Shown piece after piece: positions 10,841 to 21,132 of a stretch of 64,000 nt of DNA. The notes below the pieces were generated by a model. The model was given only the letters and a program-made list of their open reading frames with translations. It was not told the DNA's origin and did no database searches. The position numbers and the translations under genes were made by a program. Within the stretch, counting starts at the first letter, position 1, and every line of letters begins with the position of its first letter. The stretch is from an uncultured Gammaproteobacteria bacterium (GTDB lineage: Bacteria > Pseudomonadota > Gammaproteobacteria > UBA9214): assembly GCA_963748215.1 (NCBI GenBank), contig CAVVHS010000007.1, forward strand, positions 96,001 through 160,000, written 5' to 3'.

Positions 10841-11404
10841 ATGAAGGACACACTCTACGAACAGCTCTCGGCCCTGGTCGATGACGAACTGCACGAAGAC
10901 GAACATGCCCTGCTGCTCAGGCAACTGGAGCGGGATGACGGGCTGCGCGACCGGCTGGCACGCTACCAGGTTATCAGCGATGCCCTGCGCAGCAACCTGC
11001 CGCACCGGGTCAATACCGGTTTTCACCAGCGTGTCCACGCAGCACTGGAGCAGGAGGCGGAGATCCACGCCACCCCGTCCAGCGTCAAGGCCCTGTTCAG
11101 GCCGCTTGCCGGCCTGGCGCTGGCCGCATCGGTGGCCGCCGTGGCCGTGCTCTCGCTGCAGTCTGTCCGCCAGCAGGACCCGGCAGGTGCGCCGGCCGTC
11201 GCCAGTGCCCCGGGCGTGAATGACTATGTACGCGCCGACAACACCCCGCCGCCGGTCGCGCCGCGCAACAGCGCGCGCGGCCTGGATGTCTACCTGGTCA
11301 ATCACAACGAATATGCGGTCAATCGCGGCATGCAGGGCATGCTACCCTACGTACGACTCGTGGGTCAGGACCTGCAGCCCGACAACAACGAAGCTGCTGA
11401 ATGA
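10841..11404 (+). CDS. rseA: anti-sigma factor RseA/MucA
   Basis: EQLSALVDDEL, RYQVISDALR, TM segment LALAASVAAVAV, YLVNHNEY. Confidence 0.9.
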   Translation: MKDTLYEQLSALVDDELHEDEHALLLRQLERDDGLRDRLARYQVISDALRSNLPHRVNTGFHQRVHAALEQEAEIHATPSSVKALFRPLAGLALAASVAAVAVLSLQSVRQQDPAGAPAVASAPGVNDYVRADNTPPPVAPRNSARGLDVYLVNHNEYAVNRGMQGMLPYVRLVGQDLQPDNNEAAE

Positions 11405-11457
11405 CAATTGGCTGCAACAGGTCCGGATGAAGACCGGAGGTTCCGGGAAATGAAGCC

Positions 11458-12429
11458 GTGAAGGGGTTGCTGATACTACTGCTCGCCACGAGCGGCCAGT
11501 TGTTTGCAGGGGACAGCGCCCGTGACTGGCTGGACGATATGTCCACCGCCCTGCAGACGCTCGATTACGACGGCACCTTCGTCTACCTGCACGATGACAA
11601 GCTCGAGACAATGCGCATCATCCATCGCATGGACGCCGGTGGCCAGCGCGAGCGCCTGGTGTCGCTGACCGGCAGTGCGCGCGAGGTGCTGCGTGATGAC
11701 AAATCGGTCACCTGCATCATGCCGGACAATCGTTCGGTCATGATCGGACAGAGCCGGCCGCGCCAGCCGTTTCCGGTCGTGCCCAGGGACCTGGACAGCG
11801 TATCCCCGTACTATGCACTGGAAGACGTCGGCGATGATCGCATGGCCGGTTACAGCGCACGGGTAATCGCGATCACGCCGCGCGATGCATTCCGTTACGG
11901 CTACCGTTTCTGGATCGACAAGGACACCCGCATGCTGCTCAAGTCGGACCTGACCGGCGTCGATGGCAAGCCTATCGAGCAGGTCATGTTTACCCGGCTG
12001 CTGATCGGGCCGGATATCTCCAGCGACGACCTGCAACCCTCCCTGACCGGTGACGGCTACGCCTGGCACCGGCAGGAGGACATTCGCAATCCCGCCAGCG
12101 GCAGTCCGGCGGGAGAGCCGGGCTGGAGTGTGGGCCGGCTGCCCGGCGGCTTCAGGCTGACAAGTTTCCAGCACAAGCGCATGCAAGAGGGTCGCGGGGA
12201 TGCCGAGCACATGGTATTCACCGACGGCCTGGCGACCGTCTCCGTCTACGTCGAGCGCTCGCCCGCGGAGCGGCCCGGATTCATCGGCCTGTCGAGCATG
12301 GGCGCCATGAACGCCTACCGGGTCATGCATGACGACAGCCAGATCACGGTGGTGGGCGAGGTGCCGGCCACGACCGTCGAGATGATCGCGAATTCCGTCG
12401 CGCGCAATGCGGACGCAGCCGATGATTGA
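11458..12429 (+). CDS. rseB: RseB/MucB periplasmic regulator
   Basis: LDYDGTFVY, ERLVSLTG..REVLR, RYGYRFWID, FTDGLATVSVYVE, VVGEVP; start codon uncertain. Confidence 0.92.
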   Translation: MKGLLILLLATSGQLFAGDSARDWLDDMSTALQTLDYDGTFVYLHDDKLETMRIIHRMDAGGQRERLVSLTGSAREVLRDDKSVTCIMPDNRSVMIGQSRPRQPFPVVPRDLDSVSPYYALEDVGDDRMAGYSARVIAITPRDAFRYGYRFWIDKDTRMLLKSDLTGVDGKPIEQVMFTRLLIGPDISSDDLQPSLTGDGYAWHRQEDIRNPASGSPAGEPGWSVGRLPGGFRLTSFQHKRMQEGRGDAEHMVFTDGLATVSVYVERSPAERPGFIGLSSMGAMNAYRVMHDDSQITVVGEVPATTVEMIANSVARNADAADD

Positions 12430-12868
12430 AGAAACCGGGCGGGTCGTCGATGTGCAGGGTGAGTTCGCCTGGATCGAGAGCGAACGCCGCAGCGCCTGCG
12501 CCGGTTGTGCGTCGAACGAGGGGTGCGGCACGGGTGTTATTGCGCGTGCCTTCGGTAACCGCTCGGTGACACTGAAGGTGCTCAACCGCATTGGCGCCGG
12601 GATCGGCGACCGGGTCGTGATCGGTATTTCGGAAACCGGGCTGGTACGTGGCGCGCTCGCCGTATATGCGCTGCCACTGCTTGCCCTGTTCATTGGTGCG
12701 CTATGCGGTCAGTGGCTGGCCGGCGGCAGTGACCTGGCGGCAATCGCCGGTGCCGTGGCCGGACTGGCGGCCGGGCTGGCCTGGCTGGCGCGTTTCAGCC
12801 GGCGTACCCGGGTCGATGCCGCATTCCAGCCCGTGGTCCTGCGGCAGCAGGCGGGTGGCGGGCTCTGA
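12422..12868 (+). CDS. rseC: RseC/MucC family protein
   Basis: MIEETGRVV, SACAGC...GCG, YALPL. Confidence 0.9.
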   Translation: MIEETGRVVDVQGEFAWIESERRSACAGCASNEGCGTGVIARAFGNRSVTLKVLNRIGAGIGDRVVIGISETGLVRGALAVYALPLLALFIGALCGQWLAGGSDLAAIAGAVAGLAAGLAWLARFSRRTRVDAAFQPVVLRQQAGGGL

Positions 12869-12925
12869 TTGCAGCGGCCGGTTGATGGCCTTTGGTACAT
12901 TCGGATTACAGGTAGGGAGAAAAGT

Positions 12926-14359
12926 ATGATGATTCAAAAAGGATATGCAGGCCTCGTGTTGTCGGCAATGCTGTTCTGCCTTGCCGGTATGCAGGCCGTA
13001 CAGGCGGAGCATCTGCCGTCATTTACGGGACTGGTCAAGGAGGCGAGTCCGTCCGTGGTTAATATCAGTACCACGCAAAAAGTCAAAACCGGCATGCCGC
13101 ATCTGCCGGAAGGCTTCGAAATTCCGGAGCTGCCGGAGGGCAGCCCGTTCGGCGAACTGTTCAAGTATTTTTTCGACCAGGAAAACGAAGGTGAGCCCAG
13201 CTACCATGATTCCAAGTCGCTTGGTTCCGGTTTTATTATTTCCGCAGATGGCTACATCCTGACCAATTACCATGTCGTGAACGAGGCCGATGAAATCATC
13301 GTGCGCCTGAGCGACCGGCGCGAACTTAAGGCCGAGGTGATCGGTGAGGACAAGCGCAGTGATGTCGCGCTGGTCAAGATCGAGGCCACTGACCTGCCGG
13401 TGGTGAAGATCGGCAAGTCGCGCGACCTGGAAGTGGGCGAGTGGGTGCTGGCGATCGGCTCGCCGTTCGGCTTCGACCTGTCCGCCACCGCCGGTATCGT
13501 CAGCGCCAAGGGCCGCAGCCTGCCGCGCGAGAATTACGTGCCGTTCATCCAGACCGACGTGGCCATCAACCCGGGCAATTCGGGCGGTCCGCTGTTCAAC
13601 CAGAACGGCGAGGTGGTCGGGGTGAACTCGCAGATCTACAGCCGCACCGGCGGTTACATGGGCCTGTCGTTCGCGATCCCGATCGAGGTGGCCATGGATG
13701 TGGTCGACCAGCTCAAGACCAAGGGTCGCGTCAGCCGCGGCTGGCTGGGCGTGCTGATCCAGGACGTGACGCTGGACCTGGCCGAATCGTTCGGCATGAA
13801 GAAGCCGCGCGGTGCGCTGGTCGCCAAGGTGCTGCCTGACAGCCCGGCCCAGGACGCCGGCATCAAGGTCGGTGACGTTATCGTGAGGTTCAACAACAAC
13901 GAGGTGATCAATTCCGCCAACCTGCCGCCCATCGTCGGCAGCAGCGAGGTCGGCGTGAAGCTGCCGGTCGAGGTGGTGCGTAACGCGCGCAACCGCACCG
14001 TCATGGTCACGCTCGGTGAACTGCCGGAAGAGGGCGAGGAACTGGCCCGGGTCAGGGCGCCGGAAGCAGCGCAGGCGAACCGGCTCGGTATCATCGTGAT
14101 GCCCCTGACCGAAGAGCAGATCAGCGAAAACGGTGTCAGTTCCGGTGTGGTGGTATCGCAGGTGGACAACGGGGCAGCGGGGCGTGCCGGGCTGCGCAAG
14201 GGCGACATCATCCTGAGCGTGGACAATAAACCGGTGCAGGACATCAAGCAGTTCAACGCCATGGTGGACGGACTGCAGCCCGGCAAGTCAGTCGCGATGC
14301 TGGTGCAGCGCGGCGGCAGCCCGACATTTCTGGCACTCAAGGTGCCGGGGGATAACTAG
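12926..14359 (+). CDS. mucD: DegP/MucD-family periplasmic serine protease
   Basis: GSGFIIS, TNYHVV, IQTDVAINPGNSGGPL, two PDZ domains. Confidence 0.93.
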   Translation: MMIQKGYAGLVLSAMLFCLAGMQAVQAEHLPSFTGLVKEASPSVVNISTTQKVKTGMPHLPEGFEIPELPEGSPFGELFKYFFDQENEGEPSYHDSKSLGSGFIISADGYILTNYHVVNEADEIIVRLSDRRELKAEVIGEDKRSDVALVKIEATDLPVVKIGKSRDLEVGEWVLAIGSPFGFDLSATAGIVSAKGRSLPRENYVPFIQTDVAINPGNSGGPLFNQNGEVVGVNSQIYSRTGGYMGLSFAIPIEVAMDVVDQLKTKGRVSRGWLGVLIQDVTLDLAESFGMKKPRGALVAKVLPDSPAQDAGIKVGDVIVRFNNNEVINSANLPPIVGSSEVGVKLPVEVVRNARNRTVMVTLGELPEEGEELARVRAPEAAQANRLGIIVMPLTEEQISENGVSSGVVVSQVDNGAAGRAGLRKGDIILSVDNKPVQDIKQFNAMVDGLQPGKSVAMLVQRGGSPTFLALKVPGDN

Positions 14360-14384
14360 CCGGTCCGGATGGCCCCGGGCACCT

Positions 14385-14642
14385 GTGCCGAGTCAGCTGA
14401 CAGTCTACGTGCGCCGGGGCTGTCATCTCTGTACCGACATGACGCTGGCGCTTGAGCGCCTGCGTCATGAGCTGGATTTTACCTTCGTCACTGTCGATAT
14501 CGATCGCGACCCCGACCTGGCCGGCCGCTACGGCACCCGGGTGCCGGTGCTGGTCGGGGGCGGCGGGCACGAGCTCTGCTACTACTTCCTGGACGAGGAC
14601 CGCCTGCGCAGCCACTGTCAGCGCGTCCCTGATACGCCGTGA
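14385..14642 (+). CDS. glutaredoxin-like protein (DUF836-like)
   Basis: RRGCHLC CxxC motif, YGTRVPVL. Confidence 0.8.
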   Translation: MPSQLTVYVRRGCHLCTDMTLALERLRHELDFTFVTVDIDRDPDLAGRYGTRVPVLVGGGGHELCYYFLDEDRLRSHCQRVPDTP

Positions 14643-14775
14643 GTGACTTGCAACAGCGTTGCTGTATAATCCGGAACCTTTCCAGCAATCAGTAACTTGT
14701 GGCATATACCAGCGTGTTTCCCGATGCTCCCCCTGCAGGCGCCGAGCGCGCCCGTCCTGCGCCATGCAAACTGCG

Positions 14776-16579
14776 ATGACCGATAACCAGCACATTCGCA
14801 ATTTTTCCATCATTGCCCATATCGATCACGGCAAATCGACGCTGGCGGACCGCTTTATCCAGATCTGCGGCGGATTGACCGAGCGCGAGATGGAGAACCA
14901 GGTGCTCGACTCGATGGACCTGGAGCGCGAGCGCGGCATCACCATCAAGGCGCAGAGCGTGTCGCTGAACTACACGTCGCGGTCCGGCGCGGTTTATGAG
15001 CTCAACTTGATCGATACCCCCGGGCACGTGGATTTCTCCTACGAGGTGTCGCGTTCGCTGGCAGCCTGCGAAGGGGCACTGCTGGTGGTGGACGCGGCGC
15101 AGGGCGTGGAGGCGCAGAGCGTGGCCAACTGCTACACCGCCATCGACCAGGACCTCGAGGTGGTGCCGGTGCTGAACAAGATCGACCTGCCGGCCGCCGA
15201 TCCCGAGCGCGTGATCCGCGAGATCGAGGAGATCATCGGCATCGAGGCAACCGATGCCGTGCGCGTGCAGTGCCAAGACCGGTGAGGGCGTGGCGGACGT
15301 GCTGGAAGAACTGGTGCGCCGCATTCCGCCGCCGAGCGGCGACACCGAGGCGCCGCTGAAGGCGCTGATCATCGATTCCTGGTTCGACAACTACGTCGGC
15401 GTGATCTCGCTGATTCGTGTGATGGACGGCCGACTGACGCGACGCGAGAAGGTCCGCGTGATGTCGACCGGCCGCAACTTCCAGGTAGAACGGCTCGGCG
15501 TGTTCACGCCCAAGCAGGAAGACCGTGAGCTGCTGGAGGCCGGCGACGTCGGCTTCGTGATCGCCGGGATCAAGGACATCGACGGCGCGCCGGTAGGTGA
15601 CACGCTGACGCAGGCCAGCAACCCGGCCGCCAGCGCGCTGCCCGGTTTCAAGATGGCACAGCCGAACGTGTTCGCCGGGCTCTACCCGGTCAGCTCCGAC
15701 GACTACGAGGACCTGCGCGACGCGCTGCAGAAACTGCGGCTCAACGATGCGGCGCTGCACTACGAGCCGGAAACCTCCGATGCGCTGGGATTCGGTTTCC
15801 GCTGCGGTTTTCTCGGCATGCTGCACATGGAGATCGTGCAGGAACGGCTGGAGCGCGAATATGACCTGGACCTGATCACCACGGCGCCGACGGTGATCTA
15901 CGAGGTGCTGGATACGAAGGGCGAACTGCTGAGGATCGACAATCCGGCCAGTCTGCCGCCTGTCAGCCAGGTCGCTGAAATCCGCGAACCGATCATCCTG
16001 GCCAATATCCTGGTGCCGCAGGACTACGTCGGCAACGTCATCACGCTGTGCATCGAGAAGCGCGGTACGCAACGCGACATGCAGTACCTGGGCAACCAGG
16101 TGTCCCTGAACTACGAGTTGCCGCTGAGCGAGGTCGTGCTGGACTTCTTCGACCGGCTGAAGTCCGTCAGCCGCGGCTATGCCTCCTTCGACTACCATTT
16201 CCTGCGCTTCCAGTCGGCACCGCTGGTCAAGCTCGATATCATGATCAACGGCGAGCGGGTCGATGCGCTGTCGCTGATCGTGCATCGCGACCTGGCGCAG
16301 ACCCGCGGACGTCAGCTGGCTTCGCGCATGAAGGAGCTGATCCCGCGCCAGATGTACGATGTGGCCATCCAGGCGGCCATCGGCGGCCAGATCATCGCGC
16401 GCACGACTGTGAAGGCGTTGCGCAAGAATGTCACCGCAAAGTGCTATGGTGGCGACATCAGCCGCAAGCGCAAGCTGCTGGAAAAACAGAAGGCAGGCAA
16501 GAAGCGCATGAAACAGTTCGGCAAGGTAGAGATACCGCAGGCTGCCTTCCTGGCCGTGCTGCGCGTGGATAATGAATGA
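14776..16579 (+). CDS. lepA: elongation factor 4 (frameshift near 15265, probably an assembly error)
   Basis: [17 protein letters not shown] in ORF 14659-15285 continues as CSAKTGEGV...[14 protein letters not shown] in ORF 15254-16579; one extra base in GTGCGCGTGCAGT. Confidence 0.95.
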
Positions 16580-16630
16580 GCGCCATGCATATAATGGCGA
16601 AAACTTGAACCTGGTGTGGATGATGGACCA

Positions 16631-17458
16631 ATGACTTTTGATTTTCCGACATTGCTGGTTGGCGCGACCCTGTTCACGGGCATTGCCTGGGCCCTGGATG
16701 CCCTGTTGCTGGCCCCGCGCCGGCGCCGCAAGGCGGCGGCACTGCTCGCAGATGGCAAGCCCGAGGAATCCGACGAGATCAGGGCGGTGCTCAAGGAGCC
16801 AACGCTGATCGAGTATTGCAAGTCTTTCTTTCCGGTTATCCTGGCGGTGCTGCTGCTGCGTTCGTTCCTGGTCGAGCCGTTTCGTATTCCGTCCGGCTCG
16901 ATGATGCCGACCCTGCTGGTAGGTGATTTCATCCTGGTCAACAAGTACGCCTACGGCATACGGCTGCCGGTACTGGATCACAAGATCATCGAGATTGGCG
17001 AACCCGGGCGCGGCGACGTGGTGGTGTTTCGCTATCCCAAGGATCCGTCGGTCGACTACATCAAGCGGGTCGTCGGTCTGCCCGGCGACCGGATTGGCTA
17101 TTACAACAAGGTCGTTTACATTAATGGCGAAGCGGTCGGCCAGATCCCTGCCGGGGTGTATATCGGCAGCGGCTCCGGCGTGCCGATGTCGGGTGCCAGC
17201 AAGCGCCAGGAACAGCTTGGCGACGTGCAGCATGACATCCTGGTCATGCCGCGCACACCGGGCCTGGAAGGCGAGTTCGTGGTCGGTGACAACGAATATT
17301 TCGTGATGGGGGACAACCGTGACAACAGCAACGACAGCCGTTACTGGGGCACGGTTCCGGAAGGCAACCTGGTCGGCAAGGCATTTCGTATCTGGATGAA
17401 CTGGGACAGTGCGGGCGGCGGCGTCGACCTGAAACGGGTCGGCAACCGAATTCAATAA
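16631..17458 (+). CDS. lepB: signal peptidase I
   Basis: EPFRIPSGSMMPTL, DYIKRVVGLPGD, GDNRDNSNDSRYWG. Confidence 0.97.
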   Translation: MTFDFPTLLVGATLFTGIAWALDALLLAPRRRRKAAALLADGKPEESDEIRAVLKEPTLIEYCKSFFPVILAVLLLRSFLVEPFRIPSGSMMPTLLVGDFILVNKYAYGIRLPVLDHKIIEIGEPGRGDVVVFRYPKDPSVDYIKRVVGLPGDRIGYYNKVVYINGEAVGQIPAGVYIGSGSGVPMSGASKRQEQLGDVQHDILVMPRTPGLEGEFVVGDNEYFVMGDNRDNSNDSRYWGTVPEGNLVGKAFRIWMNWDSAGGGVDLKRVGNRIQ

Positions 17459-17479
17459 GGCTAATACGAGGGAAAAACA

Positions 17480-17848
17480 ATGCGTTCACTGACTCGACAG
17501 AAGGGGATGACGGGAATCGGCTGGCTGATCGTACTAGGCTTGATCGGCTTTTTCGCACTGCTTACCCTGAAGATGGTGCCGTCCTACCTCGAGTACTACA
17601 AGATTGTGTCGACACTTGAGTCACTCGAGGAGGAGTCCGGTTTCAATTCGCCCGTGGAGATAAGGAATCTGCTCGAGCGCCGATTCGATATCAGTTTTGT
17701 CAACACCATCCAGCCCAAGGACGTGATCGTCAAATCATCAGGCAAGAATTACAAAGTCCAGGCCAGGTATGATTCCAAGGTTCACCTGTTCGGCAACGTG
17801 TCCGTGTTGATGGCATTCGACAAGCAGGTGGTGGCGCGCAAGCTTTGA
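17480..17848 (+). CDS. DUF4845-like pilin-type protein
   Basis: RQKGMT leader then a hydrophobic helix; usual lepB-rnc position. Confidence 0.8.
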   Translation: MRSLTRQKGMTGIGWLIVLGLIGFFALLTLKMVPSYLEYYKIVSTLESLEEESGFNSPVEIRNLLERRFDISFVNTIQPKDVIVKSSGKNYKVQARYDSKVHLFGNVSVLMAFDKQVVARKL

Positions 17849-18531
17849 TAAGTTCACCAGACCGGCTGGAGCAGCGCCTCGGTTACAGATTTACAGATGC
17901 CTCGCTGTTGCAGCAGGCGCTGTCGCATCGCAGCGTAGGCAGCAGTAATAACGAACGCCTGGAATTTCTCGGTGACGCCGTGCTCGGAACGGTCATCGCC
18001 GGTGAACTTTACCGCCGCTTCCCGAGGGCCAGCGAAGGCCGGCTCAGCCGGCTGCGTGCAACGCTGGTGCGGCGCGAGTCGCTGGCGGACATTGCCCGGA
18101 TCCTGGAGATCGGTCAGTACCTGCAACTGGGTCCTGGCGAGCGCAAGAGCGGTGGTCATCGCCGCGACTCCATCATGTCGGATGCCGTCGAGGCGGTATT
18201 GGGCGCCATTTACCTGGACAGCGACTTCGCGACCTGCAGGCGCTGCATCCTCGCGCTGTTCGAGGCACGACTGGAACAACTCACCGAAACGGCGGTGCTC
18301 AAGGATCCCAAGACGCGGCTGCAGGAATTCCTGCAGGCCAGGCGCCGGCCCCTGCCCGAGTATGCCGTGATCGACGTCAGCGGCGATGCGCATGCGCAGC
18401 AATTCCGGGTGGAATGCCGCGTGGACGGGGGCGAGCCGGCGACCGGCGCGGGTGGCAGCCGTCGCCAGGCGGAGCAGGATGCCGCCGCGCAGATACTGCA
18501 GCAGCTGGAGTCGGAGCGTTCTCATGACTGA
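17845..18531 (+). CDS. rnc: ribonuclease III
   Basis: NERLEFLGDAVL, DPKTRLQE, dsRBD. Confidence 0.97.
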   Translation: MISSPDRLEQRLGYRFTDASLLQQALSHRSVGSSNNERLEFLGDAVLGTVIAGELYRRFPRASEGRLSRLRATLVRRESLADIARILEIGQYLQLGPGERKSGGHRRDSIMSDAVEAVLGAIYLDSDFATCRRCILALFEARLEQLTETAVLKDPKTRLQEFLQARRRPLPEYAVIDVSGDAHAQQFRVECRVDGGEPATGAGGSRRQAEQDAAAQILQQLESERSHD

Positions 18532-19423
18532 ACCCTTTCGCTGCGGCTACATAGCGCTCGCCGGACGCCCCAATGTCGGCAAGTCCACCTTGCTGAACCG
18601 GATCCTGGGCCAGAAGATCAGCATCACGTCGAGACGTCCGCAAACCACGCGCCACAGCATTCTCGGCATCAAGACGCTGCCGCATGCCCAGCTGGTTTAC
18701 GTCGATACCCCCGGTATCCATGACTACAGCGGACGCGCCATGAACCGTCACATGAATCGCACGGCCAGCACGGCGCTGGCTGATGTCGATGTCGTGGTAT
18801 TCATTATCGAGGCCCTGCGCTGGCTGCCCGACGATGATCTGGTGCTGAAAAAACTCGCGGGACTGGACTGTCCGGTCATCCTCGCTGTAAACAAGATCGA
18901 TACGCTGGCCAGCCGTGAGGTGCTGTTGCCTGAGCTGGAGGCCTTGTCACGCAAGCGCGCCTTCAGCGAGATCATCCCTATTTCCGCCAGCAAGGGCACG
19001 AACGTCACCGCGCTGGAAACGGCCATCGAGGCCTTGTTGCCGCAGGCACCACCGTTCTTTCCGGAAGATCAGGTCACGGACCGTTCGGAACGCTTCCTGG
19101 TTGCAGAATTGATACGGGAGAAACTGTTTCGCAAGCTGACCCGCGAGCTGCCCTACGGCCTGACCGTGGAGGTGGAGGCATTCCGGAGCGAGCCGCGCAT
19201 CACCCATATACATGCGCTGATCTGGGTTGAGCGGCAGAGCCAGAAGAACATCGTCATCGGCAAGCAGGGTGCGGTACTCAAGGAAGTCGGACAGCAGGCA
19301 CGCCGGGATATCGAGGCGCTGATCGGCGGCAGGGTGAACCTGAAACTGTGGGTAAAGGTGAAGGAAGGCTGGGCGGACGACGAGCGGGCGCTGCGCAGCC
19401 TCGGTTATACTCACGACGACTAG
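18524..19423 (+). CDS. era: GTPase Era
   Basis: GRPNVGKST, PQTTR, DTPG, NKID, KH domain VIGKQG. Confidence 0.97.
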   Translation: MTEPFRCGYIALAGRPNVGKSTLLNRILGQKISITSRRPQTTRHSILGIKTLPHAQLVYVDTPGIHDYSGRAMNRHMNRTASTALADVDVVVFIIEALRWLPDDDLVLKKLAGLDCPVILAVNKIDTLASREVLLPELEALSRKRAFSEIIPISASKGTNVTALETAIEALLPQAPPFFPEDQVTDRSERFLVAELIREKLFRKLTRELPYGLTVEVEAFRSEPRITHIHALIWVERQSQKNIVIGKQGAVLKEVGQQARRDIEALIGGRVNLKLWVKVKEGWADDERALRSLGYTHDD

Positions 19424-19585
19424 GAGCCTGTCGGACTTAGGGGTTCGTAGCGAGGCGAGTGGGAAAGCGAGATCAAATGGTCACGATTTTGAGGCGCATA
19501 GTAGTCCTACGTAACGAGAAATCGGGACCATTTGGGCCGCTTTCCCGCCGCCGCAGTAGAATCATCCTAAGTCCGACAGGCTCCT
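19422..19585. mobile_element. MITE-like long hairpin element
   Basis: 20-bp perfect terminal IR AGGAGCCTGTCGGACTTAGG/CCTAAGTCCGACAGGCTCCT with further internal pairing (GGGAAAGCG/CGCTTTCCC, CAAATGGTC/GACCATTTG); begins on the CTAG containing the era stop. Confidence 0.8.
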
Positions 19586-19610
19586 GTCAGCCCGCATATA
19601 ACATCCGCCC

Positions 19611-20366
19611 ATGAGTGAACGCGTCAAGGTTTTGCTGGAGCCCGCCTGGGTGCTGCATCATTATCCCTACCGGGATTCGAGCCTGCTGCTCGAGGTGTTC
19701 AGCCGCGCGCACGGACGGGTCGGGCTGATCGCACGCGGTGCACGCGCAGCAAAAGGGCGCTGGCGCAACCAGCTGCAGATACTGCGGCCGCTGCTGCTGT
19801 CGTGGAGCATGCGCGGTGAACTCGGCACGCTGACCGATGCGGAAAGTGTGCGTGCGCCGCTCAACTGGTCCGGCCGCCAGGTGCTGTGCGCCAGCTACCT
19901 GAACGAGTTGCTGCTGCGCCTGGTGACACGCCACGACCCGCACCCGGCGCTGTTCGATGCCTACCAGCAGGCACTGGCACGGCTGACGGGGCACGAGGAA
20001 GCGGCGCTGCGCTGCTTTGAGAAGCACTTGCTGACCGAGCTGGGCTATGGCCTGTTACTGGACCACGACGTGCAGAGCGGGGTGCCGGTGGAGGCGACAG
20101 CTTGCTATGAATACCTGCTGGAGCGCGGCCCGATGCGCCGTGAACGGGCGGCCGGCGACGGCATCTTCCTGCGCGGCACCAGCCTGCTGGCACTGCACAA
20201 CGAGGAACTGACCGATACGCAGGCGTGCCGGGAGGTGAAGGTGCTGACGCGGGCGGCGCTGGACCTGTATCTCGGCGCGCGGCCGTTGAAGACGCGCGCG
20301 GTGCTGCGACAACTGGCGTCGCTGGCGCGGCCGGTCGTCGTGCCAGGCAGTCCACCCGGAACCTGA
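19611..20366 (+). CDS. recO: DNA repair protein RecO
   Basis: VLHHYPYRDSSLLLEVFS..HGRV, YLNELL, FEKHLLTELGY; between era and pdxJ. Confidence 0.95.
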   Translation: MSERVKVLLEPAWVLHHYPYRDSSLLLEVFSRAHGRVGLIARGARAAKGRWRNQLQILRPLLLSWSMRGELGTLTDAESVRAPLNWSGRQVLCASYLNELLLRLVTRHDPHPALFDAYQQALARLTGHEEAALRCFEKHLLTELGYGLLLDHDVQSGVPVEATACYEYLLERGPMRRERAAGDGIFLRGTSLLALHNEELTDTQACREVKVLTRAALDLYLGARPLKTRAVLRQLASLARPVVVPGSPPGT

Positions 20367-20384
20367 GTAGGAGATCGTTCGAAC

Positions 20385-21107
20385 ATGCACCTGGGTGTCA
20401 ATATCGATCATGTCGCCACGCTCCGGCAGGCGCGCGGCACGCCGTATCCCGACCCGGTCGATGCGGCGCGGGTGGCCGAGCAGGCCGGCGCGGACAGTAT
20501 CACCCTGCACCTGCGCGAGGACCGGCGCCATATCCAGGAGCGGGACGTGATCGCCCTGCGGGACGTGCTCGCCACGCGCATGAACCTGGAGATGGCGGTG
20601 ACCGACGAAATGCTGGCCTTCGCCTGCAGGATCCGGCCCGCGGATTGCTGCCTGGTGCCGGAACGGCGCGAGGAACTCACCACCGAGGGTGGTCTTGACG
20701 TGGCCGGTCAGCTGCCACGCATGCGCGATGCCTGTGCGCGGCTGGCCGATGCCGGCATCCGCGTGTCGCTGTTCATCGACGCGGACCCGAAGCAGGTTGC
20801 GGCAGCCGCCGGAAGCGGCGCGCCCTGCATCGAGATCCATACCGGCCGCTTCGCCGATGCGGTGGATGCGCGGTCCGAGGTGGACGAGCTGGCGCGCATC
20901 GAGGCCGCCGTGCAACAGGGCGTGGCCGCGGGACTGACGGTGCACGCCGGTCACGGCCTGCACTATGGCAATGTGCACCGGATTGCCGCGTTGCCCGACC
21001 TGCGCGAACTGAATATCGGGCATGCGATCATTGCCCGTGCGTTATTTTCCGGGCTGTCTGCCGCTGTGACCGAGATGAAGGAGCTGATGATGCAGGCGCG
21101 CCGCTGA
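20385..21107 (+). CDS. pdxJ: pyridoxine 5'-phosphate synthase
   Basis: [37 protein letters not shown]. Confidence 0.97.
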   Translation: MHLGVNIDHVATLRQARGTPYPDPVDAARVAEQAGADSITLHLREDRRHIQERDVIALRDVLATRMNLEMAVTDEMLAFACRIRPADCCLVPERREELTTEGGLDVAGQLPRMRDACARLADAGIRVSLFIDADPKQVAAAAGSGAPCIEIHTGRFADAVDARSEVDELARIEAAVQQGVAAGLTVHAGHGLHYGNVHRIAALPDLRELNIGHAIIARALFSGLSAAVTEMKELMMQARR

Positions 21108-21132
21108 CCAGCTGCTGGCGGCCCGGCCGGCG

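Noticed and set aside
11450-11461. ATG AAG CCG TGA mini-ORF overlapping the rseB GTG
   Set aside because: Could be one more 1-nt error shifting the true rseB start; no support for a regulatory uORF
15240-15290. Programmed frameshift in lepA
   Set aside because: No slippery run or stimulatory structure; four similar indels elsewhere point to assembly error
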